In this document: positions 61,099 to 64,000 of the stretch, piece by piece
Layout: every line of letters starts with the position of its first letter
How positions within the stretch are numbered: the first letter of the stretch is position 1
Origin: Asterias rubens
Taxonomy: Eukaryota
Assembly: GCF_902459465.1 (NCBI RefSeq)
Contig: NC_047063.1
Span: 19,282,001-19,346,000, forward strand
Reading direction: 5' to 3'
DNA: 64,000 nt
Notes under the pieces: model-generated
What the model was told of the DNA's origin: nothing
What the model saw: only the letters and a program-made list of their open reading frames with translations
Database searches by the model: none
Made by a program: the position numbers and the translations under genes

Positions 61099-62908
61099 TA
61101 CAACCCGTCAACCTACTGCGTGAATTCTACAAGAATAAATAAAGTTGGACAGCAATGAAGTAGATCATGTATACATTGGTAATGACCCCGACAAAATGGA
61201 AACGCATCATGCGAAATTATTTCGTCTGCCCCATCCTTGATTTGAATCCAAAATGTGCCTCAAGTTTATTTAGTATGGCGCATGTCTCCATTGAGCTATG
61301 CTCTAAATGGTTGCACCCGATAGATTTAGAAGATTTGTTATTAAACTATTTCTGTGACGTCATTCTATTGTTAAAAGTGTAGATTATTTTTACGAATCTA
61401 CACTTTATTACGTTGCGTGTAGATTCATTACACATTGAAAATTAATGTCTTTCCAAAATGAAAGATAGCATAAAGTGAAACAATACATAGCTTAAACTAT
61501 GATCTTTCAATTAATTATTGCAAAAATATTTTAGAATGTTTACACGTACTTGATAATGTTGCAAGCACTACACATAAACATTAATATGCCTATACATTTT
61601 GTAAAAAATAAATAAAATGTCACCAACCATCGTTTTACAACGTGTACAAATTTAGATAGACTAAATACTGTTGTTTATATTCAGAAATCACATTAATTGA
61701 AACTGTTACATATAGCCAATGGGGGAAACAGTTTAAGTCAAAGAATAGACTCTAAAGTGTAGATTCGTAAATACGAATCTACACTTTCTCGTCCATTCTC
61801 CTTAACAGAATGGGGGAAAATCCTCTCCCGACATTTCTGTGTAGAAAATTGGGGTCACTGAAAATTGTCAACGTTTTGATGAAACCAATAACACGAGCAA
61901 AATGTATACTTGTACATGTTAACAACACACTTAATAACAAAACTCGTTGCAAAACTGCAAAACAATCTAAAGCATTATAGAGAAAGTTTGGGTGGTGTTG
62001 ACAACGTACCCCAGAGGACGTTGCAACCAAACATGTTCCTGGATGTAGTTATTTTTTAGCAAAAATTTATACCCGTCAAACTTATGGTGTCCTTACCTTT
62101 GAAAATGACTCGATATTTTTTTAAACGATAACACACTGCAGCCTACCCGGTATAATTTTCGAGCTCGCTCATTAACAGTCCTCCAAAACCTGTTGGAACG
62201 TACCGAAACTCCTCTATAGTAATCTTTTGGGTAAATCTGAGCAGACGTAGGTTTTTGTTTTTAGCGGTCACTCTTTATGGTGTTTTCCTCTTTCTGTGCG
62301 TGCGTCTAAAAAATTCACCGCCAATTTCTCACTGCTCTTATTATTACCAACGATCACCGTCAAGAGGCGTCATCTCAAGAGGCAGTAATTTATCATAATT
62401 GTCTTATTTCGGTCTTTTTTCATATTACTTAATTGAGTGTGTGAATGGCTCCCGGCACGCAAGTGAGGAAAATTGATAAACTTTGGCGTGATGTCGTTTC
62501 CAGGACAATGGTGTATACGGCTCTCTTAGTATTTATGCATGAGGTACGTCACAATTCTAACCCGAAACGAGGCTATAGCACAGCCACTGCAAGTGGTGGC
62601 GGACTCTTTTTGAGTAATATTAAGAGAAAGAGAGGCGTAAACGCCTCTCTTAATACTTATGCATGACGTCATAATTCTTACTCAAAATGAGGCTATGGGC
62701 GCACGTTCCCCGTCACCTGCAGTGGCTGCACCCATCGCCTCGTTTTGAGTTAGCATTGTGACGTACCTCATGCATAAATATTAAGAGAGGCGTATAGCCT
62801 CATTTTGGGTAAGATTTATGAACCGACACGCGCTTCCAACGTTGATAGCGCATCGTGGGCGATATACCGAGCGGTTTAATTCGGTGAAGGTTGTGACAAA
62901 ATCATTAA

Positions 62909-64000
62909 AGGTACACGTTGCCTTTAAACCGGGTGTGTTGGTAACCAATTACAAAATGTATATGTTAAAAATTATAAGATAATGATCCTTACAAAAAATA
63001 TGCCTCGAAATTGCGTGGTTTTCCTTTTACTTTGTTAACTCACTACGGGTCGGCTATAACTTTTGTGAGTCAAAAATTTGACTCCACAAAATAATTGGCG
63101 TGCCGTGTTAGTTCACAATATTTTTAAAGGAAAACTGCACAATTTCGATGCACATTTTGTGTGGAACATTATATTCTGCAGATGAAACACCTTTCTAACC
63201 AGTATGCGTTTCATAACGAACGGTTCACAAACTTGCCAGATACACGGCAACGCGACCCTTTAAAGCCATTATACACTTTCGGACAAGAAAAAAAATAAAA
63301 ATTCGAAGATTTACAAATAACTTACAGGGTTTACAGAAGTTAATGGTAAAAGACTTCTCTTGAAATAATATTATCTGAAATGCTTTACTTTTTGAGAAAA
63401 CATTAAAACAATTATCAATTCTCAACAACGAGAATTACGGATTACCTATACTAGTAAACACATGTCATGACACGGCGAAACGTGCGGAAACAAGGGTGGG
63501 TTTTCCCGTTATTTTCTCCCGACTCCGATGACCGATTGAGCCTAGATTTTCACAGGTTTGTTATTTTATATATAAGTTGTGATACATGAAGTGTGGGCCT
63601 TGGATAAAACTGTTTACCGAAAGTGTCCAATGGCTTTAAAGGCAGTGGACACTATTGGTAATTACTCATAATAACTTTAAACATAAAACCTTTCTTGATT
63701 ACGAGTAATGGGGAGATGTTGATAGTATAAAACAGAGTGAGAAACGGCTCCCTGTAAAATGGAGTAGTTTTCGAGAAAGAAGCAATTTTCCCAAATGCAA
63801 CAAGGGTGTTTTTTTCTCCTATTAATATCTCGCAACTTCGACGACCGATTGAGCTCAAATTTCTACAGGTTTGTTATTTTATGCATATGTTGAGATACAC
63901 CAACTGTGAAGGCTAGTCTTTGACAATTACCAATAGTGTCCCATGTCTTTAAAGGCAGTGGACACTATTGGTAATTACTCAAAATAATTGTTAGCATAAA
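62909..64000. mobile_element. Chain of four TTAA MITEs from three families (62909-63259, 63264-63635, 63640-63948, 63953-end of window)
   Basis: TTAA at 62905, 63260, 63636 and 63949; the last three are each shared between neighbours. Confidence 0.85.

Overview
Eukaryotic (animal) genomic DNA, AT-rich and intron-containing. The repeat families and lectin types suggest an echinoderm, probably a sea star (inference). (1) + strand 17206-39579: an SR-protein kinase (SRPK) gene; I traced 15 coding exons in one continuous frame to the stop codon, but not the start codon. It has a U12-type intron and a long kinase spacer built from four frame-symmetric exons. (2) - strand 47777-61098: a cluster of secreted C-type lectin (CTLD) genes linked to PAN/Apple domains. 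It comprises two near-identical intronless CTLD genes whose PAN module is cut off by a shared stop, a third pseudogenised copy, and a 4-exon signal peptide-CTLD-mucin-PAN gene. (3) Many non-autonomous elements: TTAA-flanked Kolobok-like MITEs (some chained or nested), a 9-bp-TSD MULE-like MITE, TA-flanked MITEs, tRNA-derived SINEs, a 12 x 74-bp tandem array, microsatellites and a 130-N gap. I found no transposase, RT, CRISPR, rRNA or intact tRNA gene. All coordinates and counts are manual.
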